A DNA stretch of 64,000 nucleotides from Nitrospirota bacterium (GCA_037441185.1 JBBISP010000007.1:1-64000); one strand, 5' to 3'; positions 1 through 10,509 are shown, numbered from the stretch's first letter. Program-made: numbers and translations. Notes: generated by a model from the letters alone, not told the origin.

Positions 1-179
1 TGTTAGACCCGTTTATGGGTTCAGGAACTACTATTAGGGTTGCAAAGAGAGTGCTTAGGAATTCTATCGGGATTGAAATCGTGCCTGAATACTACAACAT
101 GGTAAAAGAACGAATAGAGCCGGTAGAATACTTATTGTGCGAAGAAAAAGGAATTTATGAAGCCGATAAAGTTAACTGA
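1..179 (+). CDS. DNA methyltransferase (N4/N6, beta-class-like), 3' end only
   Basis: Frame starting at nt 3 reads LDPFMGSGTTIRVAKRVLRNSIGIE... (SAM-binding motif I) and stops at TGA 177-179, overlapping the next gene; truncated by the window edge. Confidence 0.85.
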   Translation, partial: LDPFMGSGTTIRVAKRVLRNSIGIEIVPEYYNMVKERIEPVEYLLCEEKGIYEADKVN

Positions 180-885
180 TGTAAACGAATATGTTGAAAA
201 AAATATTGGGACATTCCACTCAAAAAGACTGCTGAATCTCCAAAAGCTTAGGTTAAAATATATTCTAAAGCGAAAAAACCCATATTTATTTAAGGCAAAA
301 AACATTCTGACGGCTCACGATTTGGTTAAAGGGCTACTTGATGCCCATCTTTCTTCTCAAGAGGAAACTATATTTGGAGAATTTTTAGAAGGCCTCTCCG
401 TTTTTATTTGTGGAAAAGCCTTGGATGGAAGAAAATCTTCTGCAGAGGGAATAGACCTTGAATTTGAGCAAAATAACATTAGGTATATTATTTCTATAAA
501 ATCTGGCCCCAATTGGGGTAATAGCAGTCAAATCAGAAAGATGCGTGATAACTTTAGACAGGCTAAAAGGATATTAGGCGCAAATCTTTCTCAAAAAAAT
601 ATAGTCGCAGTTAATGGGTGCTGTTACGGCAAGCTAAAAATAAGGGATAAGGGTGACTACATAAAGATTTGTGGTCAAGAATTCTGGGACTTCATTTCAG
701 GCAATCCAAATTTATACTTAGAAATTATAGAGCCTCTCGGACATAATGCAAAAAAGAAAAATGAGGAATTTTTAGATGCCTACGCCAGATTAATAAACAA
801 ATTCACTATTGAGTTCGCAGAAGAATTTTGTGATGATGGAAAGATAATCTGGGATAAGTTGGTAAAATTCAATTCAGCAAAATAA
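157..885 (+). CDS. Type II restriction endonuclease, PmeII-like family
   Basis: KRKNPYLF, SSQEETIFG and a GIDLEF...ISIKSGPNWGN PD-(D/E)xK-like core; adjacent to a methyltransferase. Confidence 0.7.
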   Translation: MKPIKLTDVNEYVEKNIGTFHSKRLLNLQKLRLKYILKRKNPYLFKAKNILTAHDLVKGLLDAHLSSQEETIFGEFLEGLSVFICGKALDGRKSSAEGIDLEFEQNNIRYIISIKSGPNWGNSSQIRKMRDNFRQAKRILGANLSQKNIVAVNGCCYGKLKIRDKGDYIKICGQEFWDFISGNPNLYLEIIEPLGHNAKKKNEEFLDAYARLINKFTIEFAEEFCDDGKIIWDKLVKFNSAK

Positions 886-891
886 CTTCTC

Positions 892-1914
892 ATGCGAATA
901 GAAGACAGAGACATACACACCCTTTCCCCTGAACCGAATCAGGAGGAAATGGCATATGAGACAAATCTCAGACCCCGCTCCCTCGATGAATTTATAGGGC
1001 AGGAGCGGATCAAGGAAAATCTTAAAGTATTTATCGCTGCAGCACGCCTCAGAAAGGAACCCCTCGACCATGTGCTTTTCTGCGGGCCTCCGGGTCTTGG
1101 CAAGACAACACTTGCCACTATAATTGCAAACGAGCTCGGCGTAAACATAAAAACCACTACAGGCCCTGTGCTTGAGAGGCAGGGCGATCTTGCGGCAATT
1201 CTCACCAATCTTTCGGACAGGGATATACTTTTTATAGATGAAATCCACAGACTGCCCCGAATTGTTGAAGAGGTCTTGTATTCTGCCATGGAGGATTATA
1301 AGCTTGATATAATTATCGGGCAGGGACCTAATGCCCGTACCCTTAAAATAAATCTCCCAAGATTCACACTTATAGGCGCAACAACAAGGACAGGACTTCT
1401 GACATCGCCATTGAGAGACAGGTTCGGCGTCATATGCAGGCTCGAGTTTTATAATCCTGACGAGTTGAAGGAAATAGTAAACCGCTCTGCACATCTGCTT
1501 GCGATAGAGATAAAGGGTGACGCTGCTATAGAGATCGCAAAGAGGTCACGCGGCACACCGAGGATTGCCAACAGGCTTTTAAAACGGGTGAGAGACTTTG
1601 CACAGGTAAAGGGTGATGGAATCATAGATATGAATATAACAGAGGATGCACTTCATGCCTTAAATGTGGATGTCCTCGGCCTCGACGAGATAGATAGGAA
1701 GCTCCTTATCACAATAATAGAAAAATTCAGCGGAGGTCCTGCAGGAATAGATGCCATCGCTGCATCACTCAGGGAAGACAAGGAGACCATAGAGGATGTT
1801 TATGAGCCTTATCTTCTGCAGGAGGGCCTTATTGAAAGGACATCACGGGGAAGGCTTGCAACAAGGCTAGCTTATGAACATCTGGGGAAGTGTCTGCCGC
1901 AGGGATTGTTTTAG
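892..1914 (+). CDS. ruvB: Holliday junction branch migration helicase RuvB
   Basis: [57 protein letters not shown]. Confidence 0.98.
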   Translation: MRIEDRDIHTLSPEPNQEEMAYETNLRPRSLDEFIGQERIKENLKVFIAAARLRKEPLDHVLFCGPPGLGKTTLATIIANELGVNIKTTTGPVLERQGDLAAILTNLSDRDILFIDEIHRLPRIVEEVLYSAMEDYKLDIIIGQGPNARTLKINLPRFTLIGATTRTGLLTSPLRDRFGVICRLEFYNPDELKEIVNRSAHLLAIEIKGDAAIEIAKRSRGTPRIANRLLKRVRDFAQVKGDGIIDMNITEDALHALNVDVLGLDEIDRKLLITIIEKFSGGPAGIDAIAASLREDKETIEDVYEPYLLQEGLIERTSRGRLATRLAYEHLGKCLPQGLF

Positions 1915-1916
1915 AA

Positions 1917-2462
1917 GTGAAGCTGCTGATGCATATATGTTGTGCGCCTTGCTCATTATATCCGCTCGCAGTTGTGAGAGACAGGGGCATTGAAGTAAGC
2001 GGATTATGGTTCAATCCGAACATCCATCCATTTACCGAATATAAAAACCGTTTTGATTCTGTAAAAAAACTCGAATCGCTCTGGGATCTGGATATTGAAT
2101 ATAAGGATGAATACGGATTGAAGGAGTTTTTGAGGAATATTATCGGCAATGAAGATAATCGATGCGAATACTGCTACATTGTCAGATTGGAGGAGACGGC
2201 TAAAAAGGCAAGAGAGATTAATGCCGATACTTTTACTACATCTTTATTAATTAGCCCTTACCAGAAATTTGATGCTATAATAAGCATAGGCAGACTGATG
2301 CAGGACAGATATGATGTGGAATTTTATGCTGAGGATTTCAGAAGGGGCTTTAATGAAGGCAGAAAGATGTCAAAGGAACTGGAACTTTACCGCCAGAAAT
2401 ACTGCGGCTGTATATATTCTGAGAGGGAGAGGTATTTAAAGGCAGTTGATAGTGAACAGTGA
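1917..2462 (+). CDS. queH: Epoxyqueuosine reductase QueH (DUF208)
   Basis: LLMHICCAPCS, NPNIHP, RCEYCY, YRQKYCGC; probable GTG start at 1917. Confidence 0.9.
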   Translation: MKLLMHICCAPCSLYPLAVVRDRGIEVSGLWFNPNIHPFTEYKNRFDSVKKLESLWDLDIEYKDEYGLKEFLRNIIGNEDNRCEYCYIVRLEETAKKAREINADTFTTSLLISPYQKFDAIISIGRLMQDRYDVEFYAEDFRRGFNEGRKMSKELELYRQKYCGCIYSERERYLKAVDSEQ

Positions 2463-2463
2463 A

Positions 2464-2519
2464 ACTATGGACTGTGGACTATGGACTGTGGACTATGGAC
2501 TATGATAGTGAATAGTGAA
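2464..2519. repeat. Heptamer tandem repeat (GGACTAT/GGACTGT)n followed by ATAGTGA units
   Basis: actatggactgtggactatggactgtggactatggactatg...gatagtgaatagtgaa read directly. Confidence 0.9.
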
Positions 2520-2726
2520 TTGGGAAAATTTTTGATAATTTTTGGGATTGTCATTGTTGCTATAGGAGGTCTTTTAATGCTTTCAGGGAAGATTTCATGG
2601 ATCGGCAGACTTCCTGGAGATATAATCATCCAGAGGAAAAATTTCACCTTCTATTTCCCTCCTGCAACAAGCATATTAATCAGTCTTTTATTGACACTAA
2701 TCTTTTGGATATTGGGGAGGAGATGA
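2502..2726 (+). CDS. DUF2905 family small membrane protein
   Basis: GRLPGDIIIQRKNFTFYFP..TSILISLLLT; usual position between ruvB and spoIID/queA. Confidence 0.85.
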   Translation: MIVNSELGKFLIIFGIVIVAIGGLLMLSGKISWIGRLPGDIIIQRKNFTFYFPPATSILISLLLTLIFWILGRR

Positions 2727-3775
2727 TGATCAGCAGTCAGCAGTCAAAAATAAAAAATCGCGCCACTCGTTACTTGTTGCTCATTGCTTTCTTGCTATTA
2801 ACTGTTCACTGTTCGCTATTAACTGTTTTCGCTGAGACTACTATAAGGGTATTGCTTGCTGAGGGCAAGAATTCTAAAATTCCAAATAAGGGCGAAAGGA
2901 TCGAAAGATTTGGCAATGCAAAGGGAGATGTGCTTTTAAGCGGACTGAAGTATTCCGGTGTTATTGAGGTCTGGAAAGGAGAAAATGGTCTCTATATTGT
3001 CAATGAGGTGCCTCTTGAGGATTATATAAAAGGTGTAGTCGCAGGTGAGGTGGGCAGTAGTTGGGATATCGAGGCTTTGAAAGCTCAGGCTGTTGCGGCA
3101 AGGACATATGCAGTTTATCAGAAGCTTAATAATGGGGAAATGCCGTATCATCTGACATCATCAGTTCTTCATCAGGTTTATAAAGGAGGCAATGTTTCTG
3201 AAGGGATATCTAAAGCAGTAAATGATACAAGAGGCGAGATACTGACTTTTGAAGGTAAACCGATACTGGCATTTTATCATTCTACGAGCGGTGGCATGAC
3301 AGAAGACCCTGCAGAGGTCTTTGGTAAAAGTTATCCATATTTAAAGCCTGTGGAGACGACCTGCGAGCTTTCTCCTTACTATATGTGGGAAAAAAGAATA
3401 GTGGTTTCTGAAATCGAAAAGGCATCAAATATTATCGGAATAAAAAATATATTAATAGATGAGCTTACTGTTTCTAATCGTGCAAGAAATTTGAAGATTA
3501 TTACAGATTCAGGACAACACAGTGTTGTTGCCAAGGATTTGAGGAAAAATCTTGGTTGGGATAAACTTCCGAGCACTATGATTACAAACATCTCAAAAGA
3601 TGAAAATATATTTATATTTGAGGGCAAAGGATATGGTCATGGAGTGGGAATGTGTCAATGGACCGCTCTTGATATGGCGAAAAAGGGAATGAACTATAAA
3701 GAAATCCTTTCAAAGTTTTATCCAGGCGCTACGATAGAGCTAATGAGCGAATCTGTCGCATCAGAAGGCAAATAA
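2723..3775 (+). CDS. SpoIID/LytB domain protein
   Basis: NEVPLEDYIKGVVAGE, EALKAQAVAARTYA, GYGHGVGMCQ; ATG 2723 after ggggagg. Confidence 0.9.
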   Translation: MMISSQQSKIKNRATRYLLLIAFLLLTVHCSLLTVFAETTIRVLLAEGKNSKIPNKGERIERFGNAKGDVLLSGLKYSGVIEVWKGENGLYIVNEVPLEDYIKGVVAGEVGSSWDIEALKAQAVAARTYAVYQKLNNGEMPYHLTSSVLHQVYKGGNVSEGISKAVNDTRGEILTFEGKPILAFYHSTSGGMTEDPAEVFGKSYPYLKPVETTCELSPYYMWEKRIVVSEIEKASNIIGIKNILIDELTVSNRARNLKIITDSGQHSVVAKDLRKNLGWDKLPSTMITNISKDENIFIFEGKGYGHGVGMCQWTALDMAKKGMNYKEILSKFYPGATIELMSESVASEGK

Positions 3776-3792
3776 CCCATAAATAACTATTT

Positions 3793-4845
3793 ATGAAAAC
3801 CTCTGATTTTGATTTTTACCTTCCGAAAGATTTAATTGCATTAAACCCATCTGAAAAGAGAGATAACTCACGGCTTCTTGTCCTTCACAAAGATGGAAGC
3901 ATAGAGCATAGAAGATTTTTTGACATTGTTGAATATCTGAAAAGCGGAGATATTCTTTTGCTGAATGATACAAAGGTATTTCCAGCAAGACTTATAGCTA
4001 CAAAACTATCAGGCAGAAAGATAGATATCCTTTTTGTAAAAGAAGTTGATGCAGGCGGCACATGGGAGATAATGTGCAGTGGCAGATTTAATGGCATAGT
4101 AACAATTGACGATGGGATTAAGATTGAGATATGGACAGAAAGAGTCAATGGCCAAGGACGAGGGACAAAAAAATTTTTAAAATTTTTAAATATGGAGTCA
4201 TCAAAAGTACTAGATGTTCTCTGGCAGTATGGCTGTATGCCGCTACCTCCGTACATAAAGAGACGGCCAGATGATAGCGATAAACAGAGATACCAGACTG
4301 TTTATGCTAAGAATCAGGGTTCGATAGCTGCTCCAACTGCCGGACTACATTTTACCGAAGAACTTCTTGATAAAATAAAGGATAAAGGGGTATTTGTTGA
4401 TACATTGACGCTTCATGTTGGTATTGGCACATTCAAGTCCATAAAGGCAGAGCATTTGGAAGACCACAAAATGGATTCAGAATACTTTGAAATAAAATCA
4501 TCTCTGGTAAAGAAGATACAGCAAACAAAGGAATCTGGAAACAGACTTATTGCAGTAGGAACAACAGTGACAAGGACGCTGGAAGGTTATCTTAGCGGTC
4601 AGTGGTCAGAGGTTAATAGTCAAAATATGAGTACTGTTCGGGGATATACGGATATCTTTATCTATCATGGTTATAAGTTTAAGGCAGTGGACAGCTTGAT
4701 AACAAACTTTCATCTTCCGAAGTCAACACCTTTAATGCTTGTATCAGCCCTGTGCAGCTTTAAAAACATATCTACGGCGTACAGGGAGGCAATTGCCATG
4801 GGTTATAGATTTTTTTCCTATGGTGATGCTATGCTCATTTTATGA
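3793..4845 (+). CDS. queA: S-adenosylmethionine:tRNA ribosyltransferase-isomerase
   Basis: MKTSDFDFYLP, PLPPYIKR, YQTVYA, GSIAAPTAGLHFT, TNFHLPKST, YRFFSYGDAMLI. Confidence 0.97.
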   Translation: MKTSDFDFYLPKDLIALNPSEKRDNSRLLVLHKDGSIEHRRFFDIVEYLKSGDILLLNDTKVFPARLIATKLSGRKIDILFVKEVDAGGTWEIMCSGRFNGIVTIDDGIKIEIWTERVNGQGRGTKKFLKFLNMESSKVLDVLWQYGCMPLPPYIKRRPDDSDKQRYQTVYAKNQGSIAAPTAGLHFTEELLDKIKDKGVFVDTLTLHVGIGTFKSIKAEHLEDHKMDSEYFEIKSSLVKKIQQTKESGNRLIAVGTTVTRTLEGYLSGQWSEVNSQNMSTVRGYTDIFIYHGYKFKAVDSLITNFHLPKSTPLMLVSALCSFKNISTAYREAIAMGYRFFSYGDAMLIL

Positions 4846-4872
4846 GTTTATATCAGTGCAGGAGGTATCTTT

Positions 4873-5838
4873 ACGAAGACAGTACAAATTGAGCTTAATG
4901 AGGAAAAGGAATATCCAATTCTTCATGGTGGAATTGACAAGATATTGGCAATAATAGAAGACTTTCTCGGTGTTGCCATTAGCATTAGAGGCAATAAGCT
5001 TCTAATACAAGGCGAAGACGGACATATCGAAAAAGCAGAAAAAATAATTCAGGAAATAAGAGAAGTAAATAGAAGCGGTTATATATTAAAACCTGATGAT
5101 ATCAGTTATGCAGTCAAGGCTTTATCAGAGGGAAAGGAAATTTCTGTAAAGGATCTTTTCAAGGGCAACATTCCTGTCTCCTCTAAGAAACGGTTTATAA
5201 TCCCTAAAACAGAAACGCAGAGACAATACATAGATGCGATAAGCAGTTACGATATTGTTTTTGGAATAGGCCCTGCTGGCACAGGCAAGACATACCTTGC
5301 AATGGCGATGGCTATAAATGCCTTTCTCACCAAACAGGTGTCGAGGATTGTGCTCGTAAGGCCTGCGGTTGAGGCAGGAGAAAAGCTCGGTTTTCTGCCA
5401 GGTGATATAGCCGAAAAGGTCAGTCCTTATTTAAGGCCGCTGCATGATGCGCTCTTTGATATGATGGAGATCGACAAGGCTTCAAAATTGATAGAAAGAG
5501 GGATCATTGAAATAGCGCCTCTCGCATTTATGAGAGGCAGAACCTTGAATGATTCTTTTGTAATACTTGATGAGGCTCAAAATACAACATCGGAACAGAT
5601 GAAGATGTATCTCACGAGGCTTGGTTTTGGTTCAAAGACAGTAATTACAGGCGATATCACCCAGATAGACTTACCTCATGGGAAAATATCAGGTCTTGTT
5701 GAAGCGATAAAAATCTTGAAAGATGTAAAGGATATAAAGATAGTATACTTTTCTGAAAGAGATGTTGTCAGGCATAAATTAGTACAAGAGATTGTAAAGG
5801 CATACGACAGATATGAAAAACGGGATGCAGACGAGTAG
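4873..5838 (+). CDS. phoH: PhoH family ATPase (probable non-canonical ACG start; first TTG at 4945)
   Basis: GPAGTGKTYLA, RPAVEAGEKLGFLPGD, AFMRGRTL, LDEAQN, GDITQIDLP; the frame is open upstream of 4945 with AGGAGGT at 4860-4866. Confidence 0.92.
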   Translation, partial: TKTVQIELNEEKEYPILHGGIDKILAIIEDFLGVAISIRGNKLLIQGEDGHIEKAEKIIQEIREVNRSGYILKPDDISYAVKALSEGKEISVKDLFKGNIPVSSKKRFIIPKTETQRQYIDAISSYDIVFGIGPAGTGKTYLAMAMAINAFLTKQVSRIVLVRPAVEAGEKLGFLPGDIAEKVSPYLRPLHDALFDMMEIDKASKLIERGIIEIAPLAFMRGRTLNDSFVILDEAQNTTSEQMKMYLTRLGFGSKTVITGDITQIDLPHGKISGLVEAIKILKDVKDIKIVYFSERDVVRHKLVQEIVKAYDRYEKRDADE

Positions 5839-7351
5839 CAGCAAGGGTCTTTTGAAAATTTTTCATGGGAAAAATTTCTGGAGCTTTTTAAAACAATACA
5901 GGGGAAAGCATAGAGATGACATATACAAACTATTAGTATTAATAACCTTTGCTCTTATCTCCGCCATGCTTATTCAGGAGCATATCGGCATTGATCGCAT
6001 AATAGGAACTTTTCTTCTTGTTTCGATAATCTTTTTTATCTTTTACAAAGACATAAGGCGATACAAACCAGGCTATCTCAGAGACCACAAGATGCTGCTT
6101 CTTTTGGGTATTGTTGTTGTAGCCACGCTTTTTTTCGGAAGGGTATTTGAATATCTGCTCTCAGGACTTCATAAGGGGCTTGCCGTTGCAGATAAAAACT
6201 CCTTTATCTATGGCATACCTATCCCAATAGGAGCCATGCTTGTAAAGCTTATATTTGATTTTCATACAGCAATGATATTCTCATTTGCGATAAGCATTTT
6301 GATAGGGATATGGTTAGACAGCCCATTTTATCTTATATATTCGCTTATTGGAAGTCTTACTGCTGTATTTAGTGTCATGAGGTGCAAAAAGAGATCAGAC
6401 CTCATAAAAGGCGGCATGTACATAAGTGGTGTCAATATGGTAACTATTGGTATTATAATGCTTCTTGAAGGGGGTCTTTTTTCGCCTGCGGCTCCAGCTT
6501 CTTTTTTGTTTGCGGCAATATCAGGGATTATGGTTGCGTCAATGATTTTTATTATTCTTCCTGTTATTGAATATGTATTTGCAATAACAACTGATATAAG
6601 CCTTGTAGAATTGCTCGATCTTGACCAACCTTTGATGCGCAACCTCATGATAGCAGCTCCCGGAACATATCATCACAGCGTTATTGTTGGCAATCTGGCT
6701 GAAGCTGCAGCAGAGGCTGTTAATGCCAATCCGTTGCTCGCAAGGGTGACTGCTTATTATCATGACATTGGCAAAATAAAGATGCCTGAGTATTTTATAG
6801 AAAACCAGCCAGGCACGGTGAGCAAACATGAAAAATTAACTTCTCACATGAGCGGCATGATACTGATCTCCCATGTTAAAGAGGGTGTAGAACTCGCAAG
6901 GCAATACAAATTGCCGAGGCTGATTTCAGATATAATACAACAGCATCACGGAACAAGCCTGATAACTTATTTTTATCAAAAGGCCATGGAACAGCAGACT
7001 GCAGAAGATATCTCACAGGAAGATTATCGATACCATGGCCCAAGGCCGCAAACAAGAGTTGCAGCTATTGTTATGATGGCAGACGCTGTTGAAGCAGCCT
7101 CCCGCGCCCTTACAGATCCGACTCCAGCAAGGATTTCAGCGCTTGTTGATAAGATAATTAACAATATCTTTCTCGATGGCCAGATTGATGAGTGCGAGTT
7201 AACATTGAAGGATATATCAGAAATAAAGAAACGGTTTATATATATATTAACGAGCATCTTTCATAGAAGGATAGAATATCCGGAAATAAAAGAGAGAGAT
7301 AGAGCAAAGGCAATGAGTGAAAAGTTGGCAGTGTATAACAATGGAAATTGA
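5813..7351 (+). CDS. 7TM-HD family phosphohydrolase (PgpH-like)
   Basis: Multiple TM segments followed by APGTYHHS, YYHDIGK, QHHGT, MADAVEAASR. Confidence 0.9.
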   Translation: MKNGMQTSSSKGLLKIFHGKNFWSFLKQYRGKHRDDIYKLLVLITFALISAMLIQEHIGIDRIIGTFLLVSIIFFIFYKDIRRYKPGYLRDHKMLLLLGIVVVATLFFGRVFEYLLSGLHKGLAVADKNSFIYGIPIPIGAMLVKLIFDFHTAMIFSFAISILIGIWLDSPFYLIYSLIGSLTAVFSVMRCKKRSDLIKGGMYISGVNMVTIGIIMLLEGGLFSPAAPASFLFAAISGIMVASMIFIILPVIEYVFAITTDISLVELLDLDQPLMRNLMIAAPGTYHHSVIVGNLAEAAAEAVNANPLLARVTAYYHDIGKIKMPEYFIENQPGTVSKHEKLTSHMSGMILISHVKEGVELARQYKLPRLISDIIQQHHGTSLITYFYQKAMEQQTAEDISQEDYRYHGPRPQTRVAAIVMMADAVEAASRALTDPTPARISALVDKIINNIFLDGQIDECELTLKDISEIKKRFIYILTSIFHRRIEYPEIKERDRAKAMSEKLAVYNNGN

Positions 7352-7353
7352 TA

Positions 7354-7884
7354 ATGGAAATAACAATAAAAAACAATCAAAGACTGATAAAGATAAACTA
7401 CCAGAAGGTAGAAAAGATACTGAGAAAGGCTCTTCAGCATCTGAGAGATAGAGGTAAATTAAACTCGTTGCTCATTATTCATTATTCGTCACTGGAATTA
7501 AGCGTACTTTTTGTTAATGACAGGAAGATAAGGGAACTGAATCTGCAGTATCGCGGGAAAGATAAAACTACCGATGTACTGTCATTCCCACAACAAGACC
7601 GTGATGAGTTATCCGTAATGCGTAATGAGTTGAAAGAAAACATTCTTGACGCATCACGCATCACGCATCACGCATTACTGCCTTTAGGCGATATAGTCAT
7701 AAACCTTCATCAAGCTAAAAGGCAGGCAAAGGAGCATGGGTTGACATTCTATAGCGAGGTTTCATGGCTTTTAGTTCACGGCCTTCTTCATCTCCTCGGA
7801 TACGACCACGAGAAAAATAAACATCAGGCAAGAAAGATGAGGGAAATGGAAAGAGAGTTGCTCGGTGCAGTAGGATTGATTTGA
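7354..7884 (+). CDS. ybeY: rRNA maturation endoribonuclease YbeY
   Basis: LNLQYRGKDKTTDVLSFP, LGDIVI, HGLLHLLGYDHE; two repeat-derived insertions. Confidence 0.95.
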   Translation: MEITIKNNQRLIKINYQKVEKILRKALQHLRDRGKLNSLLIIHYSSLELSVLFVNDRKIRELNLQYRGKDKTTDVLSFPQQDRDELSVMRNELKENILDASRITHHALLPLGDIVINLHQAKRQAKEHGLTFYSEVSWLLVHGLLHLLGYDHEKNKHQARKMREMERELLGAVGLI

Positions 7885-7897
7885 AGTATAATAATCT

Positions 7898-8608
7898 ATG
7901 TCTTTAAGAAAATGGATAGACAGCGCAAATAATGCCATAGAGGGGATATTGCATGCCGCAAAGACACAAAGGCATCTCAGATACCATTTTTATTCAGCAA
8001 TTGCAGTCCTAATTTTAAGCTATATCATCGGCGTGAAAAGAACTGATTTTCTGATAATCTCCATTGCTGTTATCCTTGTCCTTCTTGCAGAGATGATTAA
8101 TACAGCAATTGAGTATGTTGTGGATATTATTTCGCCGGAACATAGCGAAAAGGCAAGGATTGCAAAGGATGTATCTGCAGGAGCTGTTTTAATCACTGCC
8201 TTTGGCGCGGCAGTTTTAGGATATATCATACTGTTCCCATATTTCAGCAGGGCATTTGAAAATGGCATTTATATTGCGAAACATTCAAATGAAGAGATTG
8301 CGATAATTTCTATTATTTTAGTTTTGATTCTTGTTGTAGTGCTCAAGGCATATTTTGGCAAGGGACATCCGCTCAGAGGGGGCATGCCAAGCGGTCATGC
8401 TGCTATTTCATTTGCAGCATGGGTTGCTGTTACATATATTACTGAAAATTTTACTGCATCTTTGCTGTCTTTTTTGTTGGCTGCACTTATTGCTCATAGC
8501 AGAGTGACTGTAAGGGCGCATTCAGGCTTGGAGGTAATTGCAGGTGCAGTACTGGGCGCTGGAATTACATTTCTATTGTTTTTGCTTTTTATTGACCGTT
8601 CCTTTTAG
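7898..8608 (+). CDS. dgkA: Diacylglycerol/undecaprenol kinase fused to a PAP2-like phosphatase domain
   Basis: EMINTAIEYVVD, AKDVSAGAV, then GGMPSGHAA and SRV..AHS..EV..G. Confidence 0.88.
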   Translation: MSLRKWIDSANNAIEGILHAAKTQRHLRYHFYSAIAVLILSYIIGVKRTDFLIISIAVILVLLAEMINTAIEYVVDIISPEHSEKARIAKDVSAGAVLITAFGAAVLGYIILFPYFSRAFENGIYIAKHSNEEIAIISIILVLILVVVLKAYFGKGHPLRGGMPSGHAAISFAAWVAVTYITENFTASLLSFLLAALIAHSRVTVRAHSGLEVIAGAVLGAGITFLLFLLFIDRSF

Positions 8609-8622
8609 CTCAAGAAATTCCT

Positions 8623-8646
8623 AAATCCAGCGATAACGTTGGATTT
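8623..8646. terminator. Hairpin between convergent genes (possible bidirectional terminator)
   Basis: aaatccagcg-ataa-cgttggattt, a 10-bp stem with one G:U pair. Confidence 0.45.
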
Positions 8647-8655
8647 GAGGTTAAC

Positions 8656-9128
8656 TTATTTTATGCTATTGAGCAATTGCCGCGCTTCATGGTCGTCAGG
8701 ATTTATTTTTAATGCCATTCCTAAATGCCTGCGTGCATTAGTATTGCATTGATTATATGAATGGCAAGGTTAACTATGTGATAGCCAGTTGTATCAAGTC
8801 CTCCAAAGTGATAATTCAGGGCAAAACTAAACATTCCGACTGCCCTTGGAAGATAACCCTTGTAGCCTTCAGATGGGAAAATGAAGTTGTCGAGATTCTT
8901 TATTAGGGGATTATCTGCAATATTAACTGAATCGTCAAATACAAAGGGTGAATTGAATGTATTTGAGTAGGCTATAATGCCTAATATAGCTATGATAAAG
9001 ATATGAAAAATTACATTTGAAGCAATCTTTGAAGCATAAAAAGGTTTTCTGATTTCAGGCAAGTCGCTTTCTTGTGATATTTTGACAGGGATATTTTTTT
9101 GTTTCTTCTTTGTTGAAGCCTTTTTCAT
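8656..9128 (-). pseudogene. Internally deleted TMTC-like membrane/TPR protein
   Basis: N-terminus AYSNTFNSPFVFDD...LNYHFGGL..TGYHIVNLAIHIINAIL is joined out of frame to a TPR-like C-terminus NARRHLGMALKINPDDHEARQLLNSIK*. Confidence 0.7.
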
Positions 9129-9249
9129 TATGAAAATATTACTACTGCATGGTAGGATGTGTTAATTGTAGTAATAATTTTTTTAACCTTGTCAATCCTG
9201 TCTTTGTATAGATATAATATCTGATAAAAAGCCATATTTTGGAGGATAT

Positions 9250-10509
9250 ATGACTATTACTGAAAAGATACTTGCAGCGCATTCTGGCAAAAAAGAGGTT
9301 TTTGTAGGAGAATTGATAAATGCGAAAGTTGATCTAATTCTTGCCAATGACATTACTGCACCGATTGCAATACAGGAGTTTAAAAAAACAGGAGCCAAAG
9401 AAGTATTTGATAAAGACCGTGTAGCCTTTATTCCAGACCATTTTGCGCCACAAAAAGATATAAAGGCTGCTGAGCAATGCAAAATGCTGAGGGATTTTTC
9501 AAAGGAATACCACCTTGGACTTTATTTTGAAGTAGGAAGGATGGGCATTGAGCATGCTCTTTTACCAGAGCAGGGTCTTGTATGTCCAGGGGATTTAGTC
9601 ATCGGCGCAGACAGCCACACATGTACTTACGGCGCATTAGGAGCATTTGCAACAGGCGTCGGCTCTACAGATGTTGCGGCTGCAATGGCAACAGGTGAGT
9701 GCTGGTTTAAAGTCCCGGAGTCAATGAAATTTATCTATTATGGAAGGCTTAATAAATGGGTTGGCGGCAAGGATTTAATACTTCATACAATTGGCGACAT
9801 TGGAGTTGACGGCGCATTATACAGGGCAATGGAGTTTGAAGGCGAAACAATCAGAAATCTTCCAATGTATGGAAGGCTTACTATGTGCAATATGGCAATA
9901 GAGGCAGGGGGCAAAAATGGCATTATTGTTCCAGATAACATTACTGAGGAGTATGTAAAGGGAAGGGCAAAGAGACCTTATATGTTTTATGCATCAGACA
10001 CTGATGCTGTCTATGTGGAGACGAGGGAATATGACTGTTCAAAGATACCATTGACGGTTTCATGCCCGCATCTGCCATCAAATACAAGGCCTGCCTCTGA
10101 ATTATTTGAGGTTACTATAGACCAGGTAGTGATAGGCTCATGCACAAATGGAAGGCTTGAAGATTTAAGAGAAGCAGCACAAGTGATTAAAGGCAGAAAA
10201 GTAAACCCAAATGTGAGAATGATTGTTATTCCTGCAACACAACTGATTTACAAGCAAGCAATGGCTGAAGGGCTTCTCGATATATTTATAGATGCAGAGG
10301 CTGTTGTTTCTACTCCCACATGCGGGCCATGTCTTGGAGGACATATGGGAATACTTGCAAAGGGAGAGAAAGCGCTTGCAACGACCAACAGAAACTTTAT
10401 TGGCAGAATGGGACATCCTGAAAGTGAGGTTTATCTTTCAAATCCTGCAGTGGCTGCAGCATCTGCAGTGCTTGGCCGAATTGGGGTGCCGGAAGAGCTG
10501 GGTTTGTAA
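9250..10509 (+). CDS. leuC: 3-isopropylmalate dehydratase large subunit
   Basis: [53 protein letters not shown]. Confidence 0.93.
   Translation: MTITEKILAAHSGKKEVFVGELINAKVDLILANDITAPIAIQEFKKTGAKEVFDKDRVAFIPDHFAPQKDIKAAEQCKMLRDFSKEYHLGLYFEVGRMGIEHALLPEQGLVCPGDLVIGADSHTCTYGALGAFATGVGSTDVAAAMATGECWFKVPESMKFIYYGRLNKWVGGKDLILHTIGDIGVDGALYRAMEFEGETIRNLPMYGRLTMCNMAIEAGGKNGIIVPDNITEEYVKGRAKRPYMFYASDTDAVYVETREYDCSKIPLTVSCPHLPSNTRPASELFEVTIDQVVIGSCTNGRLEDLREAAQVIKGRKVNPNVRMIVIPATQLIYKQAMAEGLLDIFIDAEAVVSTPTCGPCLGGHMGILAKGEKALATTNRNFIGRMGHPESEVYLSNPAVAAASAVLGRIGVPEELGL

Noticed and set aside
4843..4945. queA-phoH readthrough fusion (same frame, separated only by TGA)
   Set aside because: QueA ends at its normal GDAMLIL terminus, the TGA is not at a Cys position, and a strong RBS for independent phoH initiation follows
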